Counted from the first letter of the stretch, positions 19,855-30,562 are shown. The stretch: 64,000 nt of DNA from an uncultured Peptococcaceae bacterium (GCA_965149945.1 CBCTTQ010000001.1:60637-124636); one strand, 5' to 3'. Translations and numbers: made by a program. Notes: generated by a model not told the origin, from the letters alone.

Positions 19855-20832
19855 ATGAAAACTTTTTGTAGAAGCAAAAAGGCGTTGGTTGCCCTGGCGC
19901 TGGTTTTTATGGTGGCGGCAGCCTCTTTCTCGCTGGTGGCTTTGAGCGGTACCAAAGCGGTGGCGCTGGTCATCGACGGGGAACGGGATATTGTGGAAAC
20001 TACTGCCTTTACGGTTCGCGGTCTGTTGGAAGAGCAGGAGATTGAGATCAATCCGGAAGACAAAGTGTCCGAGGAATTACACAGTTTTCTCGCCGATGAT
20101 CAGACCATCCATATCGAAACGGCTGTGGAAATGACCATCATCGACGCCGGCGAAACCTATCAGGTAATGGCGCAGCCCGGTACGGTGGATGAGGTACTGA
20201 ACGCTACCGGTCACGCTCGTGACGCCAATGACTGGGTGTTTCCGTCCTATCAGTCCTGGGCGGATGAGGGCGCCGTGATCACTGTACAGCGGATCGATTA
20301 TAAACGGGCCGCTCTGAAAGAACCCGTGGCGCCGCAAACAGTGGAAAAAGAAGACGACTCTATGCCCGCCGGCACCATCAATGTGTTGCAGGAAGGCAGC
20401 TACGGTTTGGACGAAGTGGTGTATGAATCCATGTATAAAGACGGACAGAAAGTCAAAGACGTCGAAATTTCCCGCACCACTCTGGAAGAACCGCAAGATA
20501 AAATCATCGCCATCGGCACCGAAGTGGGCAATCCGGAAGCTGTCGCTCCCGTTTCCGGCGACTATTCCAAAGTAATAACGGTAGAAGCGACCGCCTATAC
20601 CCATACCGGCAATTTGACAGCGACAGGTACTGTGGCCAGGGTGGGCGTCATCGCCGTTGACCCCAATGTGATTCCGCTGGGTACCCGCGTTTATGTGGAA
20701 GGCTATGGATATGCCGTGGCGGAAGATACCGGCGGCGCCATCAAAGGCAACATCATCGATCTTTTCATGGATACCAATCAGGAATGTATCAATTGGGGAA
20801 GGCGAGATGTGAAAGTTTATATTTTGGATTAA
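19855..20832 (+). CDS. yabE: YabE-like cell-wall protein (DUF348 - G5 - 3D domains)
   Basis: Signal/TM anchor, DUF348 repeats, G5 domain (..DDSMPAGTINVLQEGSYGLDEVVYE..), C-terminal 3D domain (..VIAVDPNVIPLGTRVYVEGYGYAVAEDTGGAIKGNIIDLFMD..). Sits downstream of tatD/yabD as in Bacillus. Start placed at the ATG at 19855, which follows AAAGGAGGA (track start 19750). Confidence 0.8.
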   Translation: MKTFCRSKKALVALALVFMVAAASFSLVALSGTKAVALVIDGERDIVETTAFTVRGLLEEQEIEINPEDKVSEELHSFLADDQTIHIETAVEMTIIDAGETYQVMAQPGTVDEVLNATGHARDANDWVFPSYQSWADEGAVITVQRIDYKRAALKEPVAPQTVEKEDDSMPAGTINVLQEGSYGLDEVVYESMYKDGQKVKDVEISRTTLEEPQDKIIAIGTEVGNPEAVAPVSGDYSKVITVEATAYTHTGNLTATGTVARVGVIAVDPNVIPLGTRVYVEGYGYAVAEDTGGAIKGNIIDLFMDTNQECINWGRRDVKVYILD

Positions 20833-20855
20833 GACAGGGGAATTCCCATGTTGCG

Positions 20856-20888
20856 CGGACGCTCTCAGAGCGTCCGTTTTTTTTGTCT
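20856..20888 (+). terminator. rho-independent terminator of yabE
   Basis: CGGACGCTCT-CAG-AGAGCGTCCG followed by a T9 run. Confidence 0.65.
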
Positions 20889-21477
20889 CCGGTGTCATGG
20901 AGGATGACTGTTTGGGGAGAGTTGGCTGTTTGGGGGAAAATTAGCCATAAGCGCCGATTCCTGTTTTGTTCTCTTTTGTCAGGGGCGGGCGGTATTTTCT
21001 CTCGCGCGAGAGATGACGGCGAAAAAGGAAAAGACAACGGAAAAGACATTGGAATGGCGACGAATTCGGCGAAAATTTTTCCGCGGCGGAGACGCGGGAC
21101 GACTGCCGCCCTCCGAAGGAAATTTTGGGAAAGGGAGAGGAAAAAATCGATAAAAAGAGAAATTTTTTGGGGAAAACATCATAAAAAAGAGCAAAAAGGT
21201 GGGGGATTGTTTTCGGGCGAAGTTATCAGATAATTCTGAAAAATAGAACACAGATTTAGTATCTCGGAAAAAAAATCCCCAATATCTTGTGTTTGGAGAG
21301 AAAGCGAGGAGGGTTTTTTGGGGGAAATTTGCTTTTTGAAAAAAAATATGCTATGATATGATTACATAACGCAAAGTGGCATCGTCCATGCGGAACGCGT
21401 CAACGGACGATTTCAAAGAGCACAAAAGCGCTGTTTACCCAAAAATTTAAAAACTTTCGAGGTGGTGAAAAAACGCC

Positions 21478-23202
21478 ATGAGCGAGGAGAAAAAGAGCAA
21501 ATTCGAAAGTGATAGTGTAAGCAAAGGGGAAGATTCTCTTTTGCAGGCGGGACAATCTCCGGTTTCCGCCGAAACCAAACCTTCTCAGGGGGAAACGACA
21601 GAAAAACGGCGGCGGTCGAATTTCTTTCGTAAGCGTTGGGGATCCGAGGCGGATTCAGAGAACGCGGCAGCGTGCGCGGGATGTGATAATGTGTCCGAGC
21701 AGACAGCGGCTCGGCGGGAGATGTCGGCTGTTCGAGAGACGGCTCGGCGCCCGGCGGCTTTTCGTCAGTGGATTTCGGCGGAAAGCAAAACAAAAAAATA
21801 TTGCGCGGCGGCCTTGGGCGTACTTCTCTTGGGCGCGGCGGTGTATGGTTCGGTAACGGGGATTGATTATTTGCTCCACGGTAAAAAAGCCTATGCCATC
21901 ACGGTGGATAATCGACAGGTGGCGACGGTGAGCGATTACCGAACCGCGCGGGAAGTCATTCATGATTATCTGAGCGGCGCCCATACCGAAACAGACATCA
22001 AAGACGCCTATTTCACCGAGGAAGTAGACATCAATAAAGTCTACGAATCGGAAGGACAGGAGATCCTTTCCTACCGGGAAGCCAGCAGCCGTTTGGCGGC
22101 CAGCGCGACTGCCCTTGCCGACTGCGTGGCTATCGAGGCGGACGGAGACCGATTGCTCTATCTTTCTTCTGAGGCAGATGCCGAAGAGGCTTTGGCGCGG
22201 CTGAAGGAACAGTACACGCCCCACGACAGCACTTTGCGGGTACGGGATGTGCGATTCAAAGAAGAAGTGCGCGTTGTTCCCGCCAATGCCGATGTGCAGG
22301 AAATCCTTTCTGTGGAAACAGCTACCCGGCAGTTGCAGCAAACAGCGACAGACAGCACCTATGTCTACACCGTACGGGAAGGCGATACGCTTCATTCCAT
22401 CTGTGAACAGGAAGGGGTCGCGGCTTCCAAGGTGGAAAAGGTCAGCGGTGAAACGGATCTGGAAGCTTTGCGGCCGGGAGACCGGCTGCGCGTCGTCAAA
22501 GAAGGGGAATTCCCCCTTAATGTGCTGGTGGAAATGGAAAAGACCAAGGACGAAATTATTTCTTACGAGATTTCGTATCAGGAAAATGACGAAATGCCCG
22601 CCGGTACCCAAAATGTAGTGCAGGAAGGTTTTGACGGATCCGAAACAGTACAGTTGAAAATTCTCCACATGAACGGCGAAGAACTGTATCGGGAACGTTT
22701 GTCGGCGGTGACCGATATTCCCGCTACCACCAAAATTGTGGACTGTGGTACCAAAGTATACCGAGGCAACGGCGGCAATCTTTCCGGCATGTTGGGCGAG
22801 GACGGTCGTTTGGACATTACTTCCGTTGACCAGATGATCTGGCCTACCAATGCCACTGCCATCAGTTCTCCTTACGGGCGGCCGAGGTCCAGCGGGTTTC
22901 ATACAGGGCTGGATATCAACGGTGAATTGGGAGATCCCATTTGGGCGGCTTTGAGCGGCACTGTGGTCAGCGCCGGCTGGAGCGGCAACTACGGTAACTG
23001 CATTGTGGTAAATCACGGCAACGGGGTTTCTACTCGTTATGCTCACCTTAGCGTAATCGGAGTCAGCGCCGGACAGGCGGTCAGCCAGGGACAGACCATC
23101 GGTTTGGAAGGCAGCACCGGCAACAGCACCGGTTCTCATCTCCATTTCGAGGTGTTGATCAACGGTTCGTCGGTGGATCCGCTGTTGTATATCAGTCGAT
23201 AA
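21478..23202 (+). CDS. M23-family peptidoglycan metalloendopeptidase with LysM and G5 domains
   Basis: 574 aa. N-terminal TM anchor, LysM (YTVREGDTLHSICEQ), G5 (..DEMPAGTQNVVQEGFDGSETV..), and a C-terminal M23 domain (HTGLDI..GDPIWAALSGTV.., HLHFEV). Confidence 0.8.
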   Translation: MSEEKKSKFESDSVSKGEDSLLQAGQSPVSAETKPSQGETTEKRRRSNFFRKRWGSEADSENAAACAGCDNVSEQTAARREMSAVRETARRPAAFRQWISAESKTKKYCAAALGVLLLGAAVYGSVTGIDYLLHGKKAYAITVDNRQVATVSDYRTAREVIHDYLSGAHTETDIKDAYFTEEVDINKVYESEGQEILSYREASSRLAASATALADCVAIEADGDRLLYLSSEADAEEALARLKEQYTPHDSTLRVRDVRFKEEVRVVPANADVQEILSVETATRQLQQTATDSTYVYTVREGDTLHSICEQEGVAASKVEKVSGETDLEALRPGDRLRVVKEGEFPLNVLVEMEKTKDEIISYEISYQENDEMPAGTQNVVQEGFDGSETVQLKILHMNGEELYRERLSAVTDIPATTKIVDCGTKVYRGNGGNLSGMLGEDGRLDITSVDQMIWPTNATAISSPYGRPRSSGFHTGLDINGELGDPIWAALSGTVVSAGWSGNYGNCIVVNHGNGVSTRYAHLSVIGVSAGQAVSQGQTIGLEGSTGNSTGSHLHFEVLINGSSVDPLLYISR

Positions 23203-23274
23203 GGGTGTTTCCGAAAAGGGAGTCCTGTCAAAAAAGAATAATGAGGCGGTCGAAAAAGGCGCCTGTTTATAGAT

Positions 23275-23316
23275 GAGAAGCTTCGTCTCCCGGAAGACGA
23301 AGCTTCTCTTTTTTGT
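23275..23316 (+). terminator. rho-independent terminator of the M23 peptidase gene
   Basis: 13-bp stem GAGAAGCTTCGTC/GACGAAGCTTCTC followed by a T6 run. Confidence 0.6.
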
Positions 23317-23539
23317 TGATTTCTCTTTTGCGGGAAAGGGGTTTTTTGTAATTGGGAACCGGGATGGAAAAGAGGGTTTCGCTTTTTGTTCGGCGGAAAG
23401 CGGTCGTTTGGACTTTGTCTGTTGTCGGCGGAGAAACAAGCAATTTTTGAAGGGCGCTGGTGTTCTGTGTCATTCGGAAGCGGAAAAATCTGTTTGAAGA
23501 AAGCGGTGTTACGGAAAAAAGCAAACAAGGAATGTGTTT

Positions 23540-23578
23540 TTTGGGAAAAAAGCGGGGCGCTCCGATCGGAGCGCCCCG
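23540..23578 (-). terminator. terminator downstream of the degV-family gene
   Basis: 26-nt perfect palindrome CGGGGCGCTCCGATCGGAGCGCCCCG followed on the minus strand by CTTTTTTCCC. Confidence 0.55.
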
Positions 23579-23699
23579 TAATGTTTATTTGAATAATATG
23601 TTTTCCGCGGATGGTCACGGCAACGTTTCTTTCTCCCGCCTGTTATTTATTCCGAGGAAGCGCAAGGCGTTTTCCTTACGATGTGATTGTGTGCCTGAC

Positions 23700-24593
23700 T
23701 CAGTCTGTCCGTTCGCTGCCCCAGAAGAAGAGAGCGACGGTGCCGGGGCCTGTATGGCTGCCGATGGTGGTGCCGATATTGTTGATCAGCGGTTTGCCGT
23801 CCAAATGCGGAAATTTGGCTTCTACCAGATCTGCCACGGCTTTGGCGTCTTCGTAGCAGGCAGAATGGGAAAGATAACATTTGTCGTGGTATTGCGCGCC
23901 GTTGTCGGCAAATTGTTCCATACGTTTGACGATTTCTTGAATCACCCGTTTTTTGGTGCGGACTTTGCTGCGGGGAATCAGTCGTCCTTGGGCGTCTACA
24001 TTCATCAGCGGGCAGATGTTCAGCATGCCGCCGAAAATCCCCGCGGTTTTGGAGATGCGTCCCCCCCGCACATAGTAAGTGAGATCGGTAGAAAAGAACC
24101 AGTGATGCAGCCGCCGTTTATTGGCTTCTGCCCAGTCACGGACTTCGGTGATGCTTTTGCCCGCGTCTCGCAAATCCGCCAGCTTGTCCATAAGCAGACC
24201 AAATCCGGAAGAGGCGGCCAGAGAATCCACTACCAGCAACGTCCTTTGGGGATAGCGTTCCCGCGCGATGGCGGCGGCATTAACAGCGGAATTGTAACTG
24301 CCGGAAATACCGGAGGAAAGGCAGACATGGAGCAAGTCGCTGCCTTTTTCTAAAATACCGCAGAAATAATCCAGATATTCGGAAATGTTTACCTGGGAAG
24401 TTTGCGTGGCGGCGCCGTCGGCCATCGCCTGATAGAAGCGGTCGATGGGCATGGACACGCCCAGGTCATCCACATGGTCTTTGCCGTCCAGCGTGTAATG
24501 AAAACAGATGTAAGAGAGGTTTCTTTGTTCAAAATGCTCCTTAGCCAGATCTGCCGTGGAACCACAGCTTAATACAAAATCAGAGTTGGTCAT
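23700..24593 (-). CDS. DegV-family fatty-acid-binding protein
   Basis: 297 aa. DegV/EDD-fold sequence (..VLSCGSTADL.., ..LSSGISGSYNSA.., C-terminal ..IGSHTGPGTVALFF). Confidence 0.85.
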   Translation of the reverse strand: MTNSDFVLSCGSTADLAKEHFEQRNLSYICFHYTLDGKDHVDDLGVSMPIDRFYQAMADGAATQTSQVNISEYLDYFCGILEKGSDLLHVCLSSGISGSYNSAVNAAAIARERYPQRTLLVVDSLAASSGFGLLMDKLADLRDAGKSITEVRDWAEANKRRLHHWFFSTDLTYYVRGGRISKTAGIFGGMLNICPLMNVDAQGRLIPRSKVRTKKRVIQEIVKRMEQFADNGAQYHDKCYLSHSACYEDAKAVADLVEAKFPHLDGKPLINNIGTTIGSHTGPGTVALFFWGSERTD

Positions 24594-24759
24594 GGCAATC
24601 CCTCCTGGTGTGTTTGATGGCGGCGCTTTGGCGACGCCTTTCTCCTTTCAGCATACGCGAAATGCCCGTAAATGGCAACCTACTCTTTGGAAAATGGACT
24701 CTACCGAGGGGAGAGAGGGATGGAATTGCCTGATAAAAGCGTTTTTTAAGATTTGGCGG

Positions 24760-25356
24760 CTATTTTTTCGATGTTTTTTTGTTGCGTGATTTTTTTACGC
24801 GTCCACTGAAAAAAACCATCAATTCCGCGGGGATCGCTACCAAAAACAATTGCCATGGGTGGTAGCGCCGGAGACAAAAATAGATCAGCGCGATAACGGT
24901 AAGAATTAGAATACCGATGATAAGGCGGTTTTTGCGGCCTTTGTTCCAGATGGAGTTCATCACCAGCAGGGTGATCAGGGAAACCGGCACTGCCGCCCCG
25001 AAAATCATCCAAATGTAATCTCCCAAAATCCAGAAAATGACAAAAACCAACAGCGCCAATGTCCAGATTCCGAACAGAGACATCAAGGTGATCATGAACG
25101 GGCTGTAGCTCAATCCCGTCTCTTCTTTGCGGGGACGCCACTGAGATGCTTCGGTGAGGAGATCGTCCACGCTCACCTGAAAAATTTCTGCCAGTTTTTT
25201 CAGCACGGCGGCGTCCGGCAGACTTTCTCCCCGTTCCCATTTGGAGACACTCTTATCCGAATAATTGATTTTTTCTCCCAGTTCTGCCTGAGTCAGACCG
25301 GCAGCGGCTCGCAGCCGAATCAGATTGCTGGCCACAATCAATTTTAGTTCTTCCAT
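24760..25356 (-). CDS. XRE-family HTH transcriptional regulator with C-terminal transmembrane domain
   Basis: N-terminal Cro/C1-type HTH (LIRLRAAAGLTQAELGEKINYSDKSVSKWERGESLPD) followed by three or four TM helices. Start placed at the ATG at 25356 (MEELKLIV), which has a GAGAGG RBS. Confidence 0.7.
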   Translation of the reverse strand: MEELKLIVASNLIRLRAAAGLTQAELGEKINYSDKSVSKWERGESLPDAAVLKKLAEIFQVSVDDLLTEASQWRPRKEETGLSYSPFMITLMSLFGIWTLALLVFVIFWILGDYIWMIFGAAVPVSLITLLVMNSIWNKGRKNRLIIGILILTVIALIYFCLRRYHPWQLFLVAIPAELMVFFSGRVKKSRNKKTSKK

Positions 25357-25852
25357 GATGTTCCTCTCTTTTCCGTATTTGGTCGATCCGTTTCTCCGTC
25401 GCGAAGCGCCGGATGGAGCAGGTCGTTTGGGGACAGCTTTTTTCCGTGGGTGTCCTTTTATCATATCATAAAAAGGATTGCTCTGCAATGTGAAACGGCT
25501 TTTTTCTCCTGGGCTTCCGCGGCGGAAAATGTCTGATCGGTCTGTGGCAGCGAAAGCTTTTTTATTTTGTTACGGAATCGGTTCCCGCGTAAGAATTTCG
25601 ATGGTTCTTTTTGGCGGGTTATGGGGCTAAACAACGCCCGTCAAAAAAGTAATCGCCTTTGAGTAAAAAATGAAAAACAAAGGAGGCGAGAAAACCGGCG
25701 AACAGGTGTGAACAAAAGAAAGAAAAGAAAGGAAAACCCCGAAAAGAAGAGAAAACGGACAAACCGAAACAAAAAGAGAGAAAAAGCAAAAGAAAGAATC
25801 GTCGAAAATTTCATAAACTCCGTCAAAAAACGTCCAAGAAGTGCAAACACGC

Positions 25853-25888
25853 GAAAAAAGAGCGGCGGGAATTTCCCGCCGCTCTTAG
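25853..25888 (-). terminator. rho-independent terminator of pckA
   Basis: GAGCGGCGGGAA/TTCCCGCCGCTC hairpin followed on the minus strand by TTTTTTCGC. Confidence 0.55.
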
Positions 25889-25905
25889 AATCCAAAAAGC
25901 GAATG

Positions 25906-27486
25906 TTAGTCAATGTTGGGGCCTGCCGCCGCGATTTCCGGAGCAACGCCTTTGTATTTTTTGAAGTTTTCCGCGAAGAGTTTCGCCAATTCTTTCGCGG
26001 TTTTATCATAATCTTCTTTGTCAGCCCAGGTATCTCTGGGGTTCAAAACTTCTGCCGGAACATTGGGGCAGCTCTGAGGAATAGACAGGTTGAAGATGGG
26101 GTCTACAACATATTCTACATCTTTCAGATCGCCGTTCAGGGCAGCGTTTACCATGGCTCTGGTATAAGCCAATTTCATTCTGGAGCCGGTGCCGTAACGG
26201 CCGCCGGTCCAACCGGTGTTCAGCAGATATACTTCCGCGCCGGTTTCTTTGATTTTCGCCTGCAGCAGGGAGGCGTATTCGCCCACTCTTCTGGACAGGA
26301 AGGGCTGACCGAAGCCGGCGGAGAAGGTCGCCTGGGGTTCGGTGATGCCGCGTTCGGTACCGGCCAGTTTGCTGGTGTAACCGGACAGATAATGATAGCT
26401 GGCCTGATTCATGTCCAATTTGGAGATGGGAGGCAAAACGCCGAAAGCGTCGGCTGTCAGGAAAACGATGGTTTTGGGATGACCGCCTTTGCCGTTGGGC
26501 ACCGCGCCGGGGATATGTTCCAGAGGATAACCGGTACGGGTGTTTTCGGTTCTGCTGCCGTCGTCATAATCGGGAACGCGGGTATCTTCGTCCATGATGA
26601 CATTTTCGATGACCGCGCCGAATTTAATAGCGTCCCAAATCTGGGGTTCGCCTTCTTTGGAAAGACGGATGGTTTTGGCATAGCAGCCGCCTTCAAAGTT
26701 AAAGATGCCGTTTTCAGACCAGCCGTGTTCATCGTCACCGATGAGCATACGGTTGGGGTCGGCGGAAAGAGTGGTTTTTCCGGTGCCGGAGAGACCGAAG
26801 AACAACGCGGTGGTGCCGTCAGCGCCGATGTTGGCGGAGCAGTGCATCGGGCATACATCCTGATCCGGCATGAAGTAGTTCATGGCGGTGAAGCAGGATT
26901 TTTTCATTTCGCCCGCGTAGCTGGCGGCGCCGATCAGGATTTCTTTTTCTTCCAGGTTCAAAATGATGAACGCTTCGGAACGAGTGCCGTCGATTTCCGG
27001 AATGGCTTTGAAGCCGGGGGTGCAAACCAGCGTGATTTCCGGCTGGAAATTTGCCCGTTCTTCTTCAGTCGGACGGCGCAGCAGCTGATGAATGAACAGA
27101 TTTTGCCATGCGTATTCGTTGATCACCCGAACAGCGATGCGGTGTTTTTCGTCAGCGCCGATGAAACCGTCGAAAACAAAAACATCTTTGCCTTCCAGAT
27201 AGGCCATCTGGCGGCGTTTGATGCCCGTGTATTTTTCTACGGAGATTCCTTTGTTGCTATCGCCCCAGTCGATGGTTTTCATTTCCTTTTCGGTTTCCAC
27301 AAAAAAACGGTCTTTGGGGGAGCGGCCGGTGTATTTGCCGGTATGTACGGACAACGCGCCGGTGGCGGTCAATTCCCCTTCTCCGCGGAGCAGGGCTTCT
27401 TCCACCAGGATGGCGGGAGAGAGATTGTCGTAAACTTCACCCAAATTGATGTAACCTTTTTTTGCGAGTTCTTCTCTCATAGACAT
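25906..27486 (-). CDS. pckA: phosphoenolpyruvate carboxykinase (ATP)
   Basis: 526 aa. Kinase-1a loop [13 protein letters not shown] and the PEPCK-ATP family domain. GAGGAGG RBS. Confidence 0.9.
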   Translation of the reverse strand: MSMREELAKKGYINLGEVYDNLSPAILVEEALLRGEGELTATGALSVHTGKYTGRSPKDRFFVETEKEMKTIDWGDSNKGISVEKYTGIKRRQMAYLEGKDVFVFDGFIGADEKHRIAVRVINEYAWQNLFIHQLLRRPTEEERANFQPEITLVCTPGFKAIPEIDGTRSEAFIILNLEEKEILIGAASYAGEMKKSCFTAMNYFMPDQDVCPMHCSANIGADGTTALFFGLSGTGKTTLSADPNRMLIGDDEHGWSENGIFNFEGGCYAKTIRLSKEGEPQIWDAIKFGAVIENVIMDEDTRVPDYDDGSRTENTRTGYPLEHIPGAVPNGKGGHPKTIVFLTADAFGVLPPISKLDMNQASYHYLSGYTSKLAGTERGITEPQATFSAGFGQPFLSRRVGEYASLLQAKIKETGAEVYLLNTGWTGGRYGTGSRMKLAYTRAMVNAALNGDLKDVEYVVDPIFNLSIPQSCPNVPAEVLNPRDTWADKEDYDKTAKELAKLFAENFKKYKGVAPEIAAAGPNID

Positions 27487-28033
27487 GTTCGAAATAACCT
27501 CCTCATGAATTGTAAAAATAATGGTGTTACAAATAGTATCAATATTATTTTAACATAATTATCGAAGAATTTCATCCCCAAACGGCAATTTCTCTGAAAA
27601 GTTCAAAAAAATGGCTCTTTGGGCGAAGTTGAAGGTTTTTTTTCTTAAATTCCGTGTCCTTTTTTTCTTTCCTTTATCTTTTTCTTGCAAATAGGAGAAA
27701 ACTTTTTATCGTCAAAGATCCGATTTTTGCTTTTGTCAATGGTTTTTTTTCTGAAAAAACTCTTCAATGGATGTTCAGCTATTCTTCAAATCTCATTCAT
27801 TGGTTCCTTGCTTGCGGATGGTAAGATAAAATCGTACCGGGAAGAACATTCGTCCTCCGCGCCGGTGTCCGACCTTCCCTGGAAACCGGCGAAATTTCTT
27901 CCCTCTCAGTGCTGGCGGGGCGGGGGTATGTTTTCTATTCCTTTGGGAAATGATGATCGCGTATTACTCTTTTTCGGTAAACGGAGTGATTGCCCAAGGT
28001 ACAAAAAAACAAAACAAAAAGAAACGAAAGAAC

Positions 28034-28071
28034 GAAAACTAAAAAGAAAAACTAAAAAGAAAAACTAAAAA
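28034..28071. repeat. three tandem copies of a 13-bp unit GAAAAACTAAAAA
   Basis: Direct tandem repeat seen in a purine-rich tract of the 1.1-kb pckA/pepF intergenic region. Confidence 0.5.
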
Positions 28072-28176
28072 TCGACGAAAACGGCAAAAGAAAAAAGATA
28101 TGCCGTGAAATTTGCCGCCGCGGCGGAAAACGCCGCGGCGCGGAAATAAGTTGTGTGAGCAAAGGAGAGAATAACT

Positions 28177-28305
28177 GTGTATACGGAAAAACAATTGGAA
28201 CGAAACGCGGTTCGAACATCAGAAATACGTCGATCCGCCAATCAGGAAAACCTGCTGTATTTTTGTCTGGCCTATTGGTATCGAATGAACGGAGGCCGCT
28301 TGTAA
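28177..28305 (+). CDS. candidate 42-aa small ORF (MYTEKQLERNAVRTSEIRRSANQENLLYFCLAYWYRMNGGRL)
   Basis: GTG start 7 nt after AAAGGAGAG. The stop overlaps a hairpin CCGCTT-gtaa-AAGCGG followed by GGATCCCTTTTTT. Below the ORF-track size cut-off. Confidence 0.25.
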   Translation: MYTEKQLERNAVRTSEIRRSANQENLLYFCLAYWYRMNGGRL

Positions 28306-28535
28306 AAGCGGGGATCCCTTTTTTGCCTGTGGTTACAATACCGCGGCGTCCGCCTGCCAAAAAGGCGGCGTCGGCAGGGCGGTCTTCACGGCGCATGGTT
28401 CAAAGATCAGTTGCCCCGCGGGGAAACTGAGACCCTACCATCCTGTTTTGAACAACGGCGGAGGATTTTTTGCCGGCCTTTATTGATTGCGTCGTCCCCC
28501 CAAAGAAGCCGCCGCCCTTCGGTTGTAACATAAAG

Positions 28536-28570
28536 AGAACCGCCCTTTTCGGGCGGTTCTTTTCTCTTTA
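28536..28570. terminator. hairpin terminator just downstream of pepF (bidirectional appearance)
   Basis: AGAACCGCCC-ttttc-GGGCGGTTCT followed by TTTCTCTTT on the plus strand. Starts 20 nt after the pepF stop on the minus strand. Confidence 0.5.
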
Positions 28571-28579
28571 AGAGAAGGA

Positions 28580-30380
28580 TTAAAGCAGGTCTGCCAAATC
28601 TTCCAGGAATTGATGATAAACGGCAAAAGCTCTGTTCAAGGTAGCGGGGTCTTCCATATCTACTCCCGCGATGCGCAAAAGCTCGATAGGGGAATGGGAG
28701 CAGCCGCCCCGCAGAAATTTCAGATAGTCTGCCACGGCGGGCGCGCCTTTTTCCAGGATGCCTCCCGCCAGAGCGCTGGCGGCGGTGAAGCCGGTAGCAT
28801 ATTTATAAACATAGAAAGAACGGTAGAAATGGGGGATACGACTCCATTCCATATCGATTGCTTGATCGATGACCATGCCGTCGCCGAAATAGTCTCGATT
28901 CAGCTGGTAATAAACCTGCCGGTAATATTCGCAGGAGAGGGGACGGCCTTGTTCGGCGTGTTCGTGGACAATTTTTTCAAATTCCGCGAACATGGTCTGA
29001 CGGAACACCGTACCTCGGAATTGATCCAGATAATAATTAATCAGCCGCAGGCGGCGGTTGGTATCGGTTTCTTTGTTCAGCAAATATCGCAGCAGCAGGG
29101 TTTCGTTGACGGTGGACGCCACTTCCGCCACAAAAATTTCATAGTTGCTGTAAACGTAAGGTTGGGTGTGGTTGGAGAAATAGGTATGCATGGAATGCCC
29201 CAGTTCATGGGCCAGTGTGAACACCGAGTCCAGATTGTTTTGGTAATTCAGAAGAATAAAGGGCTTGGTGCCGTAGACACCGCTGGAGTAAGCTCCGCTG
29301 GTTTTGCCGCGGTTTTCCATCACATCTACCCAACCGTCGGAAAAGGCGCGGCGGGCAACGGACTGATATTCCTCGCCCAAAGGCAGCAGAGCGGCCAACA
29401 CAATCTCTTTGGCCTCTTCGTAGGGGATTTCCGTCTGCTGTTCTTGAAACAGGGGTACATAAATATCGTAAAGGTGCAGCTCGTCCACGCCCAGAGCTTT
29501 ACGGCGCAGCTGCAAATACCGGAAGAAATCGGGAAGATTTTCGCGCACGCCGGCGATCAGTTGTTCATAGACTTTGACGGGGATTTCTTCGTTAAACAAA
29601 GCCGCTTCCAGAGCGGAAGGATAGTTCCGCACTTTGGCGTGGAACAAATCTTTTTTGATGTTGGCGGTCATCATGGCTGCCAGGGAGTTTTTGTGGGCGT
29701 CATAGGCGCCGTACAGACCGCGAAAGGCTGTTTCCCGCACATTGCGGTCGGGGCTTTGCATGAAGACGATATAATTGCCGTGGGTCAACTCCGTTTCGTT
29801 ACCTTTTTCATCGGTGATGACGGGGAATTTCAGGTCGGCATTGTTGAACATGGTGAAGATGTTCCGAGGGGCGGCGCTTAAATCTCCCGCCAGCGCCAAA
29901 ATTTCCTCTTCCTGCGCGTTGCGAATATGAGGAGCGGTGCGGGTGATTTCCTGCAGATAGCGTTGATACAAAGCAAGGGGTTCTTCTCGGCACCAGCGGT
30001 TCAGCAGCTGGGGGTCGATGGCGAGAATTTCCGGTTCCGCAAAGGCCAGCGCGGCGCTGAGTCTCACCGCCAGTCCTTGAATTTTGTCGCTTAATCCTTG
30101 GTAAATCGGATTGGCGTTGTCTTCATCCTGTTTCATATTGGCATAGAGATAAAGTTTTTCCAATTTTTGGCAAACGGTGTCCTGATAATGGAGAAAATCC
30201 GCCAGCGAATCGGCGCTTTTTCCCAGTTTACCTCGATAGGAATCGGCTTTTTCCGATAATTTGGCACATTCCGTATAGGCTTGTTCCCAAGCTTCGTCGT
30301 CGCTGAAGACGCTTTCCACATCCCATTTCAGTTCTTGGGGAATTTCCGAACGAGCGGGCAAAGATTTTATGGTTTCTGTC
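28580..30380 (-). CDS. pepF: oligoendopeptidase F (M3B family)
   Basis: HELGH zinc motif (..FTLAHELGHSMHTY..) and M3B family sequence throughout. Real start is the ATG at 30380 (MTETIKSL, GGAGG RBS). The ORF-track extension to 30844 is just an open frame. Confidence 0.85.
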
Positions 30381-30562
30381 ATGGTAACAACCTCCTGTTG
30401 ATCAAAAAATTTTTTCACACTGTATAACCGCTGTAATATTTTTTCGCGAAATCCATATAATAGGAACGGATTTGTTTTTGTCCGCGCGATTGCGTGACGA
30501 CCGGGACAAAAATCCGCCGTCGGGCAATCCGAATTGTGAGACACGGAAGAAAGGATGATCAA

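Noticed and set aside
21655-23439. 594-aa minus-strand ORF. Similar long antisense ORFs occur at 25708-27558, 45355-46800, 28610-29881, 33049-34086, 56998-57834, 58865-59782 and 60557-61522.
   Set aside because: All lie exactly antisense to well-supported genes (M23 peptidase, pckA, gyrB, pepF, gpmI, leuA, leuC, leuB). They have no RBS and a low-complexity Arg/Gly/Pro-rich composition typical of open antisense frames in GC-rich coding DNA.
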